DNA of 56,843 bases, counting the filler, from Platydemus manokwari (taxonomy: Eukaryota): assembly GCA_037951405.1 (NCBI GenBank). It is 5 parts of 5 records of this genome, joined end to end, with 100 filler letters (N's around TTAATTAATTAA, not from the genome) between each part and the next. Parts side by side here need not be neighbours in the genome. Positions count along the whole stretch, not along the records: positions 25,556 to 34,594 come from JBBMOY011309871.1; positions 34,695 to 45,024 come from JBBMOY011144437.1; 3 more parts are not named here. One strand, 5' to 3'. Positions 25,563 to 38,800 of the stretch are shown piece by piece. Numbering within the stretch: the first letter of the stretch is position 1; the number at the start of each line of letters is the position of its first letter. Made by a program: the position numbers and the translations under genes. The notes under the pieces are model-generated. The model made no database searches. It worked only from the letters and a program-made list of their open reading frames with translations, and was not told the DNA's origin.

Positions 25563-26200
25563 TGGATAAAATTAAAAAAAGGATCCTAAAATAAAATTTT
25601 TAATTTGCAGAGTGTATTGCAAAAATCTATATAGTTTATTTAATTAAATTCTTTAAAAAAATTTTGAATTTATTATTTAAGTACTTGAGAAAAATTTTAC
25701 TTTGTTTATAATCAAATATTATATACAAAGTTTTTAAATCCACTAAAATTAATTATTTGAAAAACGAGTCAAAATTAGTTAGGGCCCCTTTTTTAACATT
25801 AGAAGTAAATGAAATGACATGTAAGATCTTTAGAGATGTTTTATAAAAAAGTGATTTGGCAAGCATCGAAATGTGCCAGGAACTAGGTACTTGTATTTTG
25901 TCTCAAAATAAGTGTATTAATACCTATTTAGTAGTTTGATACATAGACTCAAAACCTGTTGTTGATGTAATGAAATGAAAATTTCAACCAAATCAAATAA
26001 ATATGATGGATGAAGATGCAAAACATGAATAAGAAGTTTCGGTATTTGAATAGACTTCGTTCAGCAACTCGGCATTGGCCATTTTCAATATTCTGAATAA
26101 GGTATTTGTTGTGCACGGGACTCACAAAAATATATTAGCAAAATGACCTCCATTATAAAATAATATCGTTCCGTATTCTGTCAAATAAATAGCCACATTT
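25563..26200 (-). mobile_element. Merlin-type element copy with transposase C-terminal remnant
   Basis: Starts with a degenerate TIR (GGATAAAATTAAAAAAAGGATCC) and is colinear with the other copies. The minus strand at 26128-26081 reads FVSPVHNKYLIQNIEN, similar to the Merlin/IS1595 FVDP...HTQNIE motif. Right boundary approximate. Confidence 0.8.
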
Positions 26201-26426
26201 GATTCGTTTGCACTATAATGAATTGATTGATAATTTTAAAAAATGAGAGATTTCGAAATCTTGAAAATATATATTCTTACTACACTTCTGTATGGGTGAT
26301 TTTAATGATATTGCTACCACTAATGATGATTGTAATATCGATAATAATAAACAAACATTAATAAAATTAGTAAGAATAATATTAATAATGATGATTAAAA
26401 AATAATACGAATAACAATATTGACTA

Positions 26427-26437
26427 TAATAATAATA

Positions 26438-26487
<50 letters not shown>
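26427..26487. repeat. (AAT)n microsatellite
   Basis: Seen directly. Confidence 0.95.
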
Positions 26488-27043
26488 TAATAAAAAATTT
26501 AATAATTAAAAATAATAAATGGAAATTATTGAAGAATTTATTACAAAGCTAGCAAAATTGTTAAAATTAAAGATGAATATTATTTGTTTTATATTAACAG
26601 TATTCTTTATCAACGATTTACTGTATAAATGAGCAAGAAAATGAATATAATGAAGACGATATTATCATAATTGTTGTTATTATTTCCTCAATTATGAAAA
26701 GAATTGTGTTTTGTTGAAAAAATTAAACAAAAATCATATAGCAATATTTGTATTCATAAAGAAACCGTAGAGAAAAAAAGAAAATATTGTTTATACCCTT
26801 GCTTTTAATTAATAAATCTCTTATTCGATTTAACATTCAGTCGGAGCAGTTTGAGGAAATTTTGTACATAATAAAACTAATGAATTTTATAAATTTAACA
26901 GAAATCTAATTAGAGAGAATTTTTGTTTTAAAATATAATCTCTGTTTAGGACTAAACAAAATTGACACAATAAATATTTACAACATTAAATTATCAATAT
27001 TTTGTATTTCTATTGTGATCAGAGAACACAAACGACATGCGAT

Positions 27044-28421
27044 ATGCAGCAAGTAGTTATATAAATTTACTGGTATATTTTAGACAATAATTTTCTGTCT
27101 ATGTGTGGTGACATTATTATTGCCTTTAAATTTAGCGGTTATTTTTCTGTTTATCAGTATTTTTATTTCTCGAAAAGTAAAGAATCTTTTCAAAGATATT
27201 TAAAATTTCTTACCAATATAATGAACTAAAATAATAATAATAATTGTTTATTTTATTTAAAATTAGGAAAAATATTATTTATCCAAAGATATTGATAGTA
27301 AAATCACGATATCTATAAAAGAACCATTTCATCATTGCAGCATTTGATTAATGCGGAGCTTCACATAATTCAAATATTTTTTTTGGAAAATTTCGTTGTT
27401 CTTATCTAAATTTATTTTTATTAAAAAAATTCCAAGTTTTTCTTAGTCCAAATATTTTGTTTCAAACCCATTATTACTTTCTATACACATTAATTGACTT
27501 GCAAACTCGGAAAATACTTCATTTTTCATCAGAATTGACTATTAATATCTTATACAAATCACAGTTTTACTATATAAATATTCAATTGAGAAAAGCTTTA
27601 ATTACATTGTTCGTTGTTACATTTCGATTATAATGTATAATATCTCTCTTCCGATAGCTTTTAGTAGAGCATTAATAATTGGCATTTTATGTTAGATACG
27701 ATTGCATTTGGTTTGTTGGCGCCACTGAACTGTTGCTCAAGATACTTCTAATAAACAAAAACGTTTAAAAATTCTGTTTAATTACTATTTGAAATATTAT
27801 TAACGTACTTCATATTTCTGTTCAAGTACACAAGAAGAAACGTAAAACATAAAAGTTAACTGATAACAATAGTGATCTGGGTTTTTAATAAACAGATTTA
27901 GTCTAATGTCATTAGAAGTGATTTAAATCACATTTGGAAATTGAAATTTTTTTACATTTAAAGATTAGGTTTAAATATCTCAGTAATATATTATATATTA
28001 TATAATGATATTAAAAATAAATCATTTTGACGTTAATACAAAATTATATTGAAATAAACGCTAATTAATCCGCACTTTATTTAGAGTACTTCAACTAGTG
28101 ATAAATGTATTCATCATTATTTTATTATGTGATTAAACTTTTATGTCAGCTTAAACTCATTTGAAATTTAAAAACGCACTTCATTAAGTAAAACCATGTT
28201 TAGAAATTATTAAAACAAATAATCTTAGATTTAGTTTTAATTATGTTGTAATTGTAATTGATTATCAGAATTATTTACATTTTTATATTGAATATATTTA
28301 TTTTTAGCTTGCACATTTTCGAAAAGTCCATAATGACGAATGCGGAGCTTCACATAATAATCGACCTGTTTGTCTACCTAATGATCGTGAAGTGAAAAGA
28401 AGTTTTGAAACAGTGCACTAA
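27044..28421 (+). CDS. Candidate small secreted peptide/prohormone-like gene (micro-exons)
   Basis: Exons 27044-27052, 27084-27137 and 28308-28421 splice GT-AG in phase 0 to MQQTIIFCLCVVTLLLPLNLA-LAHFRKVHNDECGASHNNRPVCLPNDREVKRSFETVH*. This has a hydrophobic N-terminus and RK/KR sites flanking a 2-Cys peptide. No homology recognised. Confidence 0.3.
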
Positions 28422-28808
28422 GTAGTAATAAAGTAAACATTTACACCAATGTATTATGATTTACCGAGTTATGCAGGCTTGGATCTTCATTTAGGAAACG
28501 AATCTTTACAGAACTTGTAGAATCATTTCTTGAATTCATGTTTTTAAAATAATAACAATTTTGGTGTCATGTTTACTATTTTTTGTATTGACTACATAAA
28601 GCATTTAAATACAAGCCAGAAACGAGTGAAATTGAATTTTAACTTGATTAAAAAACTAGGTAAAACATTTTTTAAAAAGTTTGTAAATCTGACAATATCG
28701 TAATTAAAATAAAATTTAAGCACCAAGCTAATAAATAAAAGCCATTGTTTATCAAAACAATAATTATTTAAAGTACTAAAACTTAAATATAATAGAAAAT
28801 TTTATTTA

Positions 28809-31800
28809 TCAATTACATCGGTCTAGTCTATTACATTTCTGAGATGCCTTTTCTCCTTTAGCAAGTCGATCTACTTTTGCAATTTGGCTGCCAAATTGGA
28901 TCGCTCTCTTGTGATTCGCCCAAGTGGAATTTAGTTTTAAATAATCTCTCGCTAGCAATCTAAGAATCATTTTCTCTCCCAAACCTCTTTCCTTTGTCAA
29001 ATCGCACTAAAAATAGACAATAAAAGACAGAAAATATCAAATGCGTCAGAAATTTAGATTTTCAACACCAAAAACTATGCAGTACTCATATAGGAATTAT
29101 CATCAATTAAATAACAAAATTGTCGTTTTAAAACAATTATCAATGTCATTAAACAATAAAAAAAATTTCATTTTAAATTTTTATGGGATTTTTTAACACA
29201 CACTATGGAAGCTAATTAAATATTTCTGAACATTACATATCGCTTGATTAAAACAAAACGATACAATCTGACGCAACTCATCATTCGAGTATATTCCTGC
29301 AACCAATGAAACAATACAATATATACGTTGTTACATTAATAAGTCTCAATTGTTTGGTTAATTATTGTGCAAAATCAGTCGGGCATGAACCAGGCTAAAG
29401 CGTTCATAATATACTCCAAAAAATTGTCTATTAAACTTAAAATGTACACACAATGATGATAGGTTTCATCTAGACTTGATTGATGATAATTTTTTAGAAT
29501 AGCATTTGGACAAATTTGTACTTTGTCATATAAATTTATCATAAAAGATAAAAATATCAAGAAATGGAATATATGGCTTAGAGATCTGTAATTGACACTG
29601 GCTTCAAGTTGGAACGACATTTCATTAATAACTTTATCCTACTTTTAATCATAATATTACTATTACCAAACATCCTAATTATTAACAAATCGACTATAAA
29701 CCAAATCAAATAATAATAATTATTATTATTATAAAGAGACTCAAATGTTTCTCTCTATTTCTGTAATTTCTAAACAAATTCTAGCTCTCAATGATATATA
29801 AGCTCAAATAAATGGATTATTCTTTATTATTGAAGGTTATCATAAAATTAAAGTATATTTATAGTAGACGTATTGTTAGAGGAGATCATGATCATTTACT
29901 GGAACAAAGATTATGTTGGTAACGACAACCCGGTGTCATTGTCACTTGATTATCAACACTATTACAACTCAAATAATGTTAATATTAAAAGCCTTAAATA
30001 GTGATAAAATTCTCCATTAATAACCAGTAATTCTTAGAAACTTTATCCTGATTAATAAAATAATGAGATAATAGGATAATAATATTATCAATTTATTAAT
30101 TATGTTCAGGAAACAGGTTGTCATATTTTAATTCAATTTTCTATATAAATTATTTAATGTCATCAACATCATTGAAATTCCGAATCATTTTATTTCTAAC
30201 AACTGATAGATTTATGCCCCAAAATAATATATAATAAAAATATTTCCGAATTCCCACAAGTCCAACATTTCTCGCTAATCAATAAATTTTATTGCTTGTA
30301 AAACTGCAACCAGATAGAGTGTCATTGAATAATTCTAAATCACTAAAAGAAAACAATATTTTTCCCACTGAATTTCTAACCCAACAGGGATATTAATAAA
30401 TGGAATAAGCATTATAGTAATCAACAAAAAACCAAATGAATTAGCTCAAAACGAAAAGTGTTGCTTTAAATCAATTTTTGAAACACTTAAGAGAATAAAG
30501 AAATTTCTAGCTATTGACAGAAACCAGGAAAAATATTATTTATTGTAAAAATAATTCATAAATAGCCCAATGATTTATTATATTTCTCCTCACAGGAAAT
30601 TAGACTGCAATTATTCCTAATATTTATTAGTAATTTTCAATATATATATATATATATGTTTGTGTGTGTGGTCATCATTTTATATCTACATGCAATCGGA
30701 AATTTTTTTTCAACATTCAACCTGGTATGCAAATTTTTTAGAAAAGATAAGATCTTCATGTCCTTAACGTGAAATCGCTGTTGTGAGACACTCAAAATGA
30801 CATCGGATAATCACGTGACATACAATTTCAGCCATCCTCTATCGGTCAACATCATTACACACAAAATTGTGAATTAATTTATCGAACTCCAAGTTGTAAA
30901 CGAAAAAAATATTTAGAATCGGAAAAAAACCATCGACTGCAGGATAATTGCTAGATAATTATCAATGAAGTTGTGTAAAACTAATTTGAAGGTGTTTCCC
31001 TGTTTAATAGTGTCATTAAATCTCCTTTATATTAACAAACAAATGTAGAATGATAAACATCGAACAACAACTGCAATATATTTACAGTTCCACAAAATCA
31101 AATTTTATCTCATAATTTTTTGCTTAGTCCTATAATTGTGAGAGAAATATTTAATTGAGCATATTTCATTTGTAAATTGGAGTTGCCAACTATTAGAAAT
31201 TAGAAAATATTATGAGTCATTGTTTAAATCGACACGAATAATTAATTATAATAACCGTGAGGACGTGAAATAAAACTCTACGGCAAATGGAAATCGTCAC
31301 TAGTATCCATAGCAACTAAGAGATTATATGTACAAACAATTTTCACCAAGTACTGATTATTAAATTATCATTAAATTTACTTTCAAAGTTACTGGAAGTG
31401 ACATTAGAAATGAAACGACTTTCTCATCGAGAAACGGAAATCGGCCCTCTTTCCCATGGCTGGAAATGACTCTAAAAATATATTCATTTCTATAATACGA
31501 TTAAAAGAAAGTACAAAACCTGTCATCTCTGCCCATATTTCTAGAACTAATTCGATGGAGCTCCATATCAAGTTCTTTTTGTAAATCACCGTAACCATAA
31601 CGACTGGAGATGGAAAATTATCACTAATTAACAGAAAAAAAAAGAAAATTATACTCGAAAATACAACGATGTCGAGAATAGCCTGCCATTAATTCATCAG
31701 CACCAATCCCTGACAACACAACCTATTGTGATTAATCATGAATCAATATTTTATTGGATTTACTCTGGCTGGTGAATTATAATAATTGTTTGGTTCACCG

Positions 31801-34426
31801 TTCATATGCCCAATCCCTCTTGCAGCAAACCACAGAGCACATCCAATGCTATCATCGAGAACCGAATCACAAGGTTGTATTAATTTCGCTATATGCATCT
31901 CTCTGGGAAAATTAATTTATGATGAGTATTAACAAATGGCTAATTATGCTAATAACCAGTGGCGACTATGTTCACAAAATATACATAGTATTTTTTATAT
32001 TGTGAAATATCAGATCACAAATATTGGTTTTATCATAACGGAAACTAATAATGAGGATTTCGAAATACTTTATAAAAAAAAATCATTTAATATTAAAAAA
32101 ATAAAATGTTACAAATAGCTGATGAAATTTTAAAACAGTGCTCTTCAAAGGAGGAGCACGACCTACCAGTGAATCACGAGAAATTTATATTAAGACAAAA
32201 TATCGATCAAATTTTAAAGATCTGGAATTAGTACTGGGGCCATCCATCACCCCAATACAGCCAAGATTTGATGTCTTATGCCAGAATATGCAAAATCATT
32301 GTTATTATTAAATATTAAATTTGTTGATAAAAAAATTTTATTAAAAAAATTTACTTTATTATTTTTATTTTAGTCCTTAGGGGTCGCGAAAAAAATTGGA
32401 CTCGTAAAGCGGGTCGCAACACAAACAGTGTGAGGACAAGTGTTTTAAAACATTTACTATGAACCATAAAATCCAAAATGTTATAGAAAATCATATAGAA
32501 TAATCTTAAAATCAAGATATAAAATCGTTTTCAATGGAATTTAGAATAAATTAATCCGTGATCTCGAGAAAATCCACATATTTTTAATTTGGAATCAAAT
32601 AACTAATTACAACAAATAGTAAATATCGGAACAGATTATTGAATTATTATTGTTAAATCCTTTGATCTATATTTAATCAAAAATACTGCACATTAATTTT
32701 CATAAATTAATAAGCACTATTTGCACCTCTAAAAACCAATCAATTCTGTGACTGACCAAATATCGATGAATATTCGGAAACCAAAAATAAATAAATGATT
32801 CATCCAAAATTTACTGAAAACATCATAAATGCCATTTATATCAGATAGTTAATATCTTATAACAATAATAAATGTGAAGGATTGAAACTGAAGGATTGTA
32901 GAACGTTGCTAGGTTTCTCAATTTACAGCCCTTATTTCATTATTAAGAACAAATTTCATTGGTTGACAAATAATGACTCAATAGACTTGACTCATTATTA
33001 TTAACTTATCATTAACTTATTTATCATTTGAAAAATCTACCTTTCTTTCTTAAGTTCCATGGGAGAAACATCGATCTAACAATGAACATTGAAACCTTCA
33101 CGAATAAAAATAAGGAAAAAATAACTTCAACAAAATTCCATTTTCTTTTTGGATTTATCAATTTCAATTCTTCTAAGCAAATCAAGCCAGATTTCCGATC
33201 GGGTGAATCCCTGGGCAAAAAAATCCCTGATTATGATGCATACAGAAAAATATATTGTTACCAATTATTTTTATTTTCGGTCGAAAATGAAACATTGAGT
33301 AAATCTATGGAATCATTTTCAGCTACAAACCTACGTCAAACATATTGATCAACAAAATTTTCCAGACTACTCTCTCACCTATCAGCTAAAACGGCTAACA
33401 CCGCTGAATCTATTCCACCAGAAAATAAAATAGCTACTTTACTATGATTACAAGCTTCGCTACTCTCGTCAAATCCAAATATCTCTATACAATTAGAACA
33501 ATGTTTATAAAGATGAGTAACTCGTTGAAGAACACTATTTTCTAAAATAGAGAGTAACTGTTCTACTAGTTTGGGGTGCTTATCATCATAAATTGACTGA
33601 ATCTCAGGACATAAATCAGATATGATATAATTAGTGATCAATCGTTCAGAGTGAACCATTATATTGCTTAAACCAAGCCCTCCAATGCAATTAACAATAA
33701 AATCATCATTATAAAAATCATATGGAAATAATTGAATATCATTAAAATTCAGAATTTCATTGAGAGGTAATTTAAAAATACCAACTGCTGGTAATTCAAC
33801 CCACTATTGATTATTTAATAAAATAGATACTTTTTAACAAATTACCTTTACAACATGAGTGCAACCATCTATAATTACACTGGATATGACTGTTACCCTT
33901 CCCATAATATCTAAACCACACAATAAAGATCTTCGTCCCAGAACATCACGACCAAAATAAATGAAATCCTCGTAAGAGAAAGTTTACAAATCATAATTTT
34001 ACAAAAATGGATTTACTTTGATGTATATTGTGGCGAAAGGACCGCTGACTTTGGAAAATTCGTTAAGAGCGTCGATTTCGGAAAGATTATTTACATTTTT
34101 TAAAAGAGTGAAGCCATCGTTATCGAAATTGTTCTAATGAAAGTCATTTCTTCTTAAAATTCAGAACAAAACATACCTGATAGTTTTCTCCATTCCATAA
34201 AAGTAGAGATTTATCATAACTTAAGGGTTGGTGATTGACATTTAATCCTTGTTGATGTAAAACACATCCAATTAATGTGATATTATCGATAACTAATTTC
34301 TTTTGAGAATTGGGACCTCTTTTAAAAATTTCTGTAGTCTAACAATATTAAATATGATAATAAATAATGTTTAAATTGCTTTACGTTTATTTCACAAGAA
34401 CAAGTATATAGAAGAATACCACACAT
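28809..34426 (-). CDS. ASNSD1: Asparagine synthetase domain-containing protein 1, complete multi-exon gene
   Basis: The N-terminus is MCGI (Ntn Cys). Motifs seen: [111 protein letters not shown] and KRAIQFGS. All introns are GT-AG; two are long (about 29008-31380 and 31906-33040). Confidence 0.95.
32136..32442. mobile_element. hAT (Charlie-like) MITE inside an ASNSD1 intron
   Basis: CAG..TG termini with imperfect TIRs (CAGTGCTCTTCAAA and rc CACTTGTCCTCACA), subterminal GGGTCGC repeats, and an 8-bp TSD TTTTAAAA on both sides (32128-32135, 32443-32450). Confidence 0.75.
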
Positions 34427-34594
34427 GAAGCAAATGACCTAGGCAATATTATTTACAAATATTTAAACAAATAATTATTTATTTAGATATTGTTATCCAA
34501 AAATACTATATAAGATATCGTACTTCATTTATAGGGACACCGAATAGATCAAAATTGCCATTTCAGTAAAATAAATTAATGAATTCCGGTAATT

Positions 34595-34694
34595 NNNNNN
34601 NNNNNNNNNNNNNNNNNNNNNNNNNNNNNNNNNNNNNNTTAATTAATTAANNNNNNNNNNNNNNNNNNNNNNNNNNNNNNNNNNNNNNNNNNNN
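34595..34694. other. Artificial scaffold spacer
   Basis: N44-TTAATTAATTAA-N44. Confidence 0.97.
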
Positions 34695-35652
34695 AAATAG
34701 GTTTATAAAATATAATTTCAAAATTGTGGAATATATTGCAAAAATCTATTTAGATTATTTAATTAAATTATTTATAACATTTTAAATTTTTTATTTAAGT
34801 ACTTGAATAAATTTTTAGTTATTTATAATCAAATAATATATGCACAGAATTTTTAAAATATCCCAAAAATTAATTATTTGAAAAACTATTAAAAGTAGGT
34901 CAAAATGCAATTGATTGAAATTTAAGTGAGTATCATTTTTTTGACATTAGGAGCAATAAGAATGATATCTAAGATTTTTAGAGTTATTTTAAATAAAAGT
35001 GACTTCGAAATTATTGAGAAGTACAAGGGACAAGGTACTTGTGTCTTCTCTCAAAATAAATATATTTATATCTATTTAATAGATTGGATACATGGATCTC
35101 AAACCTGTTAATGTTGTCATGAAATGAAGATTTGATCCAAATCAAATATATAGCACAAGTGAAGATGCCTCAAATATATAAGTTTCGGAATTCAAATAGG
35201 GACTTATTTCAACAATTCAACCTTGTTCCTTTTCGAAATTCTGAATAAGGTATTTTTCGTGCACGATGATATTCATGAGTAAACTAACAATCAACAAATA
35301 CTGACATTTTTTATTAAAATAAATCCAACAATTTAAAATTATTTACTGAGATACAACAAAAATTGTAGATTCCTCCTCAATGAAGAAATATCTGGCATGG
35401 AAATATAATTCTAGGCCTAAATATCGTCATAGAAATTGAGGATAAATGTTTTTAAAGTACCAAATATAGTACCAGGCATCGAAGACATGGTTTTTGATTG
35501 TTAGAGTTGATTTTTTGGTTTTTAATCTAAAATTCAATTTTACCTAACCATTTAATTAAAATATAATTATAAATAAATTTTAATGTCAAATAACTCACGA
35601 AAAGTCATTATTTTAAAATTGGGTCAAAGGACCCTTTTTCTTAACTTAAGCC
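34695..35652 (-). mobile_element. Merlin-type element, long (about 1 kb) copy; left TIR lost in the gap
   Basis: Colinear with the 25563 and 54601 copies. Ends in the TIR GGACCCTTTTTCTTAACTTAAGCC at 35652 and carries the VHEKYLIQNFE remnant on the minus strand. Confidence 0.85.
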
Positions 35653-35856
35653 ATAAAATTAAATAATTTTAATTTAATTTTGCAGCACCTAACAATTTAC
35701 TGATAATAACATATAGTTCTGATTTTAGTATTCTGTTTATGGAAAAATTTTAAAATATTTATTTATTTAAATTTTTTTTTAATAATTTTTAAAATAATTA
35801 AATGAATTTCGTTTAAATAACTCTGTATACTTGGAGTATTTTTGAATACGTTATTT

Positions 35857-38800
35857 ATGCAGTTAAATCATTTTTTAAATATTATACTAGATGAAATAGC
35901 AGCAGAAGGTCTAGAAGGAATTACTTTCGAATGTCTTTGGAAATATCTATCAGTATACAATTATTTTAAAAGTGTAGATAATAAATATAAAGAATATTTA
36001 TGGCAATTAATTCGTAATTTTACCGAAATAAACTTTTATACATTAAATGAGCCAAGAGAATGTAATTTTAAAATACAGTGTAGAACAAAACAGTATAATT
36101 TTGAAAGTGATTGTTTTGTAGAAGAAGTTAGCAAATGATGAATTTTCACCATATTTATGGCATTGTTTAGGAATTTCCAATGCATCAAATATTTAAATAC
36201 CATCCATTATTAAATAAAGATATCTTTGGTAGTTGTTCTGCTTTTGACACACGGATATTAGTTGATGATGAAATTAAATCAAATTCCAGTTGTTCATATG
36301 CATCGATTATATCAAAGTAAAACTATTCCCATCATAAAATACGTGGAATTAATTTTTTTTCATTATATGAAGATATGGAAATCGTTTAATTATGGTTGCT
36401 AGTGAAGATTATCGTTTAAATTTCTTGGGATTGCATAAACCAATGGATTATTTTAGTAAACCAACCTATGCTTTATTGGAATTGATCGGAAGGCAATATT
36501 TTTACAATTGCGTTTATTTTTAACTTATCGAAAAACATTTCCAGATCAAGATACAACGGTGTTAAGTCTGTTGGGTCAAGTAGTGCATTGGAATTCATTA
36601 AAGATGCTCAAACGCTTTGGTATTTGAAAAAAACTCTAAAATCAGAACATCTCATCAGAGTTCAGGTAAGTTTGTGGAATCAATTGAATGAATTAGTATT
36701 AATTTCCAACAGAAAGTGAATTTTTTGCAACCAAACAAAACCTTGAAAGAAGTTTATCTTTTCCATATCAATAGGTTTTATCGACCCTATTATAACATTT
36801 TCAACAATAATCTTGAGAAACTTTTGCTCTATATGGATACGATTTACAGCGCCGGAGTGTTGAAATCCACCTTTCTTCAGGTAATTCGCATATTTTTCCC
36901 GTGGTTTTTATGTATTGGATTGAATTGCTTTGGATTGATTGTGCTGCATTTTGCTATTTGTGGGTTTGATGGGGTACAAGATTGAACTTTTTAATGATTT
37001 TTTGAAATATTTTGACAAAAACCATAAATACTATTTAATTTATCGCTTATACATCATCGAATCAATTATTTTTGTTCTAATCTGTGCCCTTTATTATGCC
37101 AAAATCAGGTTTTGGAGATGTCCGAGGACTTTCTCAAGCTAGCCAAACAACTCGGCTGGGTGGAAATTATTGTCACAACATATCGGAAATTGAATAAATC
37201 GTGTGATATGGACCAGTTTTATTCAGACGAACATTTGTTCCAGACTTATATGAATGATTTCCAATTATCTCCGAATGATAATCATCCGTTGTCATTGATT
37301 GACAAGCGGTCCTGTTTCATAAAACCCATAAAAACCTTGGCAGATCTTAAAGAAAAGTCCGACCGAGAATCGCTTGTCTGTGAGATTGAGGACGAACCTC
37401 TTCCCGATGTAATCTTCTCAAATAGTAACGATTCTTACGAGTCTTTCTTTAACCTTTTGACTCTTGAATAGATTTTGTTGGTGTCAATGTGGACGAGCCA
37501 CTGAATATTCAAGTTTTGAAGCTTCTTGCTCGTCAGCCAATGAGTGAAAAGGAAATTAAAGTCGCATTTGGTCTTACGAGGCTCGGTGCTCGAGCGGTTG
37601 TGAGGAACCTCATCAGGAGCAATCAAGTCATCGTTAATTTTAAAGCCATCGACAGACATTCAGTGCCTTTCTACACAATCCGCCAAACATTGATGGATAC
37701 CGTACCAGCTGAAAACATTTCCATCAAACAGCCCATGGAGACAAATGATGAGGCCGATTTATCAATCATTAAATATGAAAACCCAGCAATGTTGACTCCA
37801 GCAATGAGAAACCCGAAACGACAAGAACGCTATGAGTTTATTGTGGGATTGTTGAAAAGAGAAATCGTCATTCCGGGTCATTATCTCGTACAAAAAGCCG
37901 TTCGTGATTGGGAACTCGGTCGAAATTTGAAAGAAGTCATGGACAGGAAGTCGTATAAGAGAATTATCGACGATGCAGTTCGACTTCGTGCGGTGAAAGT
38001 CATTGAAGTAGAATTAAAGACTCTGAACAAGCCCGTTACTGAGAATTGGTTAATTTTGCCCGGTGCAACGAGGGAACACGATAATTTCAAGGAAGCATAT
38101 ATAAAACGATTGGATGAACTTAATTCCAAAGAAAAGCATATTCAAATGGTATCGAAAAAACAACACAAAAAGAAAAAACGTGTGAGCAATGTCTACAATT
38201 TTTCAACCAATATCGATATTCTCAAGGAAACGAGGAATATTCATTGGATGCTTCAGGTAATTTTGTTATTTACTTATAAATAATGAGTAGTATCAATTCC
38301 ACTAATTAATTTCATCATATTTTATCACTCTACAATTATGAATAACAGATATTGAATTATATTCTAAATATTATTTAAAGAATTTATTTATTCGCGTCGG
38401 TATTTAAGCATTTTTAATTTAATTAATTATCGGTCGCTGACTAACTGTGAGTAACAATTATTAAAATGTTTTCGGTGATTTTTGTGAGTTTTAAATGAAA
38501 TCAGTATTAAATAGTTGATATTTCATACAAATTATGTCGATGTAAAAAATTAAGCATGGTCAGGCACGATTTATTTCCACCGGGTTGTCGTTTTAATGAG
38601 GTATTTCGTATAAGTTGCTCTTTCAAAGTATTGTCTATCTTATATCGGGGTATATAAGAGTTGTTAAAATTTCCATAAATTTAACCGAACATTTGTTAGC
38701 TCAAACATTGATTATATTGATTAATTTTACCACACAATGTTGCATATCGAAAGAAAACAATTGGCTATCATTATTAAACAAGCTTTTCTATTAGTTTTGG

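Noticed and set aside
34426-35857. Bidirectional promoter between ASNSD1 and GTF3C1
   Set aside because: An unsized artificial spacer lies between them, so adjacency is unproven.
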